Origin: Reyranellaceae bacterium
Lineage (GTDB): Bacteria > Pseudomonadota > Alphaproteobacteria > Reyranellales > Reyranellaceae
Length of the DNA: 64,000 nt
Reading direction: 5' to 3'
Assembly (NCBI GenBank): GCA_046349295.1
Contig: JAXMCP010000035.1
Location: 5,753 to 69,752, forward strand
Made by a program: the position numbers and the translations under genes
The notes under the pieces: model-generated
Told to the model about the DNA's origin: nothing
Database searches by the model: none
Seen by the model: the letters and a program-made list of their open reading frames with translations, nothing else
Part shown: piece after piece, positions 60,664 through 64,000 of the stretch
Position numbering within the stretch: the stretch's first letter is position 1
Layout of the letters: the number at the start of each line of letters is the position of its first letter

Positions 60664-61446
60664 ATGCTTCAAGGCAAGACGGCCATCATCACGGGATCGA
60701 CCAGCGGCATCGGGCTCGGCATCGCCGAGGCGTTTGCGCGCAGCGGCGCCAACATCGTGCTCAACGGCTTCGGCGACGCCATGCAGATCGAGAAGACGCG
60801 GGCCGACCTGGCCGGCCGGACCAATGCCCGCGTGGTCTATTCGCCGGCCGACATGAGCAAGCCCAAGGCGATCGAGCAGATGGTGCGCCAGACGGTCGAT
60901 GCCTTCGGCGCCGTCGACATCATGGTGAACAATGCCGGCATCCAGCACGTGGCGCCGATCGAGGAGTTCCCCGAGGAGAAGTGGGAAGCGATCCTCGCCA
61001 TCAATCTCAGCTCGGCCTTCCATTCGACCAAGCTCGTGCTGCCGATGATGCGGCGCAAGGGATGGGGGCGCGTGATCAACGTCGCCTCGGCGCACGCGCT
61101 GGTGGGATCGCCCTACAAGGCCGCCTACGTGTCGGCCAAGCACGGCATGCTGGGCCTCACCAAGGTGACCGCGCTGGAGACGGCCGAGGACGGCATCACC
61201 TGCAATGCCATCTGCCCCGGCTACGTGCGCACGCCCCTCGTCGAGCACCAGATCGACGACCAGGCCCGCGCCCACGGCATTCCGCGCGACAAGGTGATCA
61301 CCGACGTGCTGCTGAAGAACCAGCCCAACAAGCGCTTCGTGGAAGTGCCCGAGCTGGCCGCACTGGCACTGTTCCTGTGCAGCGACAGCGGGGCCTCGGT
61401 GACCGGCGTGGCACTGCCCATGGATGGCGGCTGGACAGCGCATTGA
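60664..61446 (+). CDS. bdhA: D-3-hydroxybutyrate dehydrogenase
   Basis: TGSTSGIG, NNAGIQHVAPIEEFP, SAHALV, AYVSAKHG, QI.DQA. Confidence 0.92.
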   Translation: MLQGKTAIITGSTSGIGLGIAEAFARSGANIVLNGFGDAMQIEKTRADLAGRTNARVVYSPADMSKPKAIEQMVRQTVDAFGAVDIMVNNAGIQHVAPIEEFPEEKWEAILAINLSSAFHSTKLVLPMMRRKGWGRVINVASAHALVGSPYKAAYVSAKHGMLGLTKVTALETAEDGITCNAICPGYVRTPLVEHQIDDQARAHGIPRDKVITDVLLKNQPNKRFVEVPELAALALFLCSDSGASVTGVALPMDGGWTAH

Positions 61447-61456
61447 GGAGACGGCG

Positions 61457-62470
61457 ATGGAGATCAAGCGCATCAACCTCGCCCTGCAGGGCGGCGGCGC
61501 CCACGGCGCCTACACCTGGGGCGTGCTCGACCGCCTGCTCGAGGACGACCGCGTCGAGGTCGAGGCGGTGTCGGGCACGTCGGCCGGCGCGATGAACGCC
61601 GCCGTGCTCGCCGACGGCATGGGCCGCGGCGGACGCGAGGAGGCGCGGCGCTCACTCGAGACGTTCTGGCACAACATCAGCCGGGCGTCGCAGACAGGTC
61701 CGTTGCAGCCCTCCCCGTTCGACCGCTTCACCAACGGCTGGAACCTCGATCATTCGGCGGCCTTCGTCGCCTTCGACATGCTGACCCGCATGCTGTCGCC
61801 CTACCAGTTCAATCCGATGAACCTCAACCCGCTGCGGCGGGTGCTCGAGGACTCGGTCGACTTCAAGCGCCTGGAAGGCTGCCGGCGGGTCAAGCTGTTC
61901 ATCAGCGCGACCAACGTGAAGACCGGCAAGGTGCGCGTCTTCCAGTCGGGCGAGATCACTCCGGACGTGCTGCTCGCCTCGGCCTGCCTGCCGTTCCTGT
62001 TCCAGGCCGTCACGGTCGACGGCGATCCGTACTGGGACGGCGGCTACATGGGCAATCCGGCGATCTTCCCGCTGATCTACGGCGCCGAGACCCCCGACGT
62101 GGTGATCGTGCAGATCAACCCGCTGGGCTGCGATCGGGTGCCGACGACCGCCACCGAGATCATGAACCGGGTCAACGAGATCAGCTTCAATTCGTCGCTG
62201 ATGCGCGAGATGCGGGCGATCTCCTTCGTCACCGACCTGATCGACCAGGGCAAGCTCGACAACAACAGCTACAAGCGCGTCAACGTCCATTGGATCGAGG
62301 CGGAACGCCACATGCGCGGGCTCGGCGTGTCGAGCAAGCTCAATGCCCGACTCGAATTCCTCCTCCATCTCAAGGAAATCGGCCGGCAGGCGGCCGACGC
62401 GTGGCTCGGCGCCAACTTCGATGCCATCGGGCGGCGGTCGACCATCGACATCAAGGAGAAGTTCCTGTGA
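61457..62470 (+). CDS. Patatin-like phospholipase/esterase
   Basis: LQGGGAHGA, SGTSAG, YWDGGY. Confidence 0.92.
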   Translation: MEIKRINLALQGGGAHGAYTWGVLDRLLEDDRVEVEAVSGTSAGAMNAAVLADGMGRGGREEARRSLETFWHNISRASQTGPLQPSPFDRFTNGWNLDHSAAFVAFDMLTRMLSPYQFNPMNLNPLRRVLEDSVDFKRLEGCRRVKLFISATNVKTGKVRVFQSGEITPDVLLASACLPFLFQAVTVDGDPYWDGGYMGNPAIFPLIYGAETPDVVIVQINPLGCDRVPTTATEIMNRVNEISFNSSLMREMRAISFVTDLIDQGKLDNNSYKRVNVHWIEAERHMRGLGVSSKLNARLEFLLHLKEIGRQAADAWLGANFDAIGRRSTIDIKEKFL

Positions 62471-62538
62471 TGTTCGGCCACACAAGATCGTGCACTGACC
62501 TAGGCTGGCCCCCGCGACTCCGATAGACTCCTGGGGCG

Positions 62539-63975
62539 ATGGCTGCCGACCTGACCGTTACCGCCGAAGCCCTCAAGCCAGCGCGACGTGGCCGCGCGGC
62601 CTTCGGGCTGTCCTGGCGCATCCTGGGCCTCGTCGTGGTGGCCGTGATGACGGCGGAGATCCTGATCTTCCTGCCGTCGATCGCGCGTTTCCGAGTCGTC
62701 TATCTCGAGCAGCTGATCGAAAGCGGCACCCTGGCCGCTCTGGCCCTCGACGCCACGCCCGACAACATGGTGACCGAGGAGGTCAAGCGCTCCCTGCTCA
62801 ACAACGCGCGCGTCGACGCCGTGGTCCTGGTCGAGCCCAACAAGCCCAAGCGCGCCCTGATGAACATCGAGCCGCGTCCCAGCATGCCATCCTATAATCT
62901 CAAGGAGCAGGGCTTCTTCAGCCTGATCTGGGACGCCTTGGCGGCAATGGCGCACGACGGGCAGCGCTATATCCGGGTCGGCGGTGAATCGATGCGCCTG
63001 CCCAAGGCGATGGTATGGATCGTGGCCGACGAATGGCCGATGCGCATCGCCATGTACGAATATGCCGGCCGCATCCTCGCGCTCTCCGTCCTGATCGCGC
63101 TGTTCACCGCCGCCCTGCTCTATTTCGGTCTGCGCTGGCTGGTGATCCTGCCGCTGCAGGACCTGTCGTCGGCCATGACGGCGTTCCGCCGCGCGCCGGA
63201 AGAGCCCGGCGCCGACCGCGCCCCGACCAGGCGCAACGACGAGATCGGCGTGGTCGACCGCGAGTTCCAGAACCTGCAGCGCGAGCTGCGCGCCTCGCTG
63301 CGCCAGAAATCGCGCCTCGCCGAGGTCGGCGCGGCGACCAACAAGATCAACCACGATCTGCGCAACATGCTGGCCACCGCCCGGCTGCTGTCCGATCGCC
63401 TGGCGCGCAGCGACGACGAGCGCACCAGAGCCCTCTCGCCGACCATTCTCGGCACCATCGACCGCGCCGCCCGGCTCGCCAGCGACGCCATCGAATATGT
63501 TCGCGACCAGCCGGCCCCGCGCATCGCCGATGTCGACCTGGCCGACCTGGTCGACGAGGTCGGCGTGGCGCTGCAGGAGCAGGGCGAGGACAGCACGCCT
63601 AACCTGGTGCGCCAGTGGGTCAATTCGGTCGGCGAGAACCACCATGTCCGCGCCGATCGCGATCTGCTCTATCGCGTGTTCGTCAATCTCGGCCGCAATG
63701 CCTTCGAAGCGGGCGCCCATACCGTGACGGTGCGGCGCCAGGACGATGGCGGCTACGCCATCGTCGATGTCATCGACGATGGGCCCGGGGTGCCGCAGGC
63801 GATTGCGGCACAGGTCTTCCGCCCCTTCGCGACCGGCGGCCGGGCAGGCGGCGCGGGCCTCGGCCTGGCGATCGCCCGCGACCTGGTGCGCGCCCATGGC
63901 GGCGACATCTCGCTGATGGAAAGCAGCGACAGCGGCACGACCTTCCGGTTCACCTTGCCGGTCGCGGGACGCTGA
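62539..63975 (+). CDS. HAMP-domain sensor histidine kinase
   Basis: Two TM segments, RRNDEIG HAMP, KINHDLRNML H-box, DDGPG, GAGLGL. Confidence 0.92.
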   Translation: MAADLTVTAEALKPARRGRAAFGLSWRILGLVVVAVMTAEILIFLPSIARFRVVYLEQLIESGTLAALALDATPDNMVTEEVKRSLLNNARVDAVVLVEPNKPKRALMNIEPRPSMPSYNLKEQGFFSLIWDALAAMAHDGQRYIRVGGESMRLPKAMVWIVADEWPMRIAMYEYAGRILALSVLIALFTAALLYFGLRWLVILPLQDLSSAMTAFRRAPEEPGADRAPTRRNDEIGVVDREFQNLQRELRASLRQKSRLAEVGAATNKINHDLRNMLATARLLSDRLARSDDERTRALSPTILGTIDRAARLASDAIEYVRDQPAPRIADVDLADLVDEVGVALQEQGEDSTPNLVRQWVNSVGENHHVRADRDLLYRVFVNLGRNAFEAGAHTVTVRRQDDGGYAIVDVIDDGPGVPQAIAAQVFRPFATGGRAGGAGLGLAIARDLVRAHGGDISLMESSDSGTTFRFTLPVAGR

Positions 63976-64000
63976 CCTTCAATCCGCCCGCGCGACGCGA

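Overview
High-GC alphaproteobacterial chromosome segment (inferred from the rpmH-rnpA-yidD-yidC-engB-argB order and the giant multi-GAF kinases; possibly Reyranella-like, not verified). Left to right: (1) 1-10.8 kb, two multi-GAF/PAS histidine kinases, each followed by a protein-identical receiver gene (about 690-bp near-perfect duplication), ending in a receiver-adenylate/guanylate cyclase; (2) 10.9-21.6 kb, a DUF559 nuclease remnant, an immunity-like hypothetical, MFS and Bug transporters, vapBC, nudB, dapD, lemA-htpX and a GDPD whose signal peptide overlaps htpX; (3) 21.7-36.5 kb, catabolic genes (PotABCD-like ABC system, M20 and DoeA-like hydrolases, OYE flavoprotein, GntR-PhyH-SAF operon, cyclase, 4-domain rhodanese); (4) 36.6-44.8 kb, an intact type II Wadjet (TIGR02677/78/80/79) operon; (5) 45-54 kb, core genes plus a soxR relic; (6) 55.1-60.6 kb, the most unusual block: a bufferin-type (DUF2282) Cys peptide with DoxX and an NDH-2-like flavoprotein but no MNIO maturase, a DUF2092/Gly-Trp-repeat pair, and an OxyR-like LysR divergent from a peroxiredoxin-like gene, with OxyR-type boxes upstream of both units; (7) bdhA, patatin and a HAMP kinase. 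Several palindromic intergenic repeat families occur. No rRNA, tRNA, CRISPR, integrase or transposase was seen. Family calls come from motif recognition only; no searches were run.
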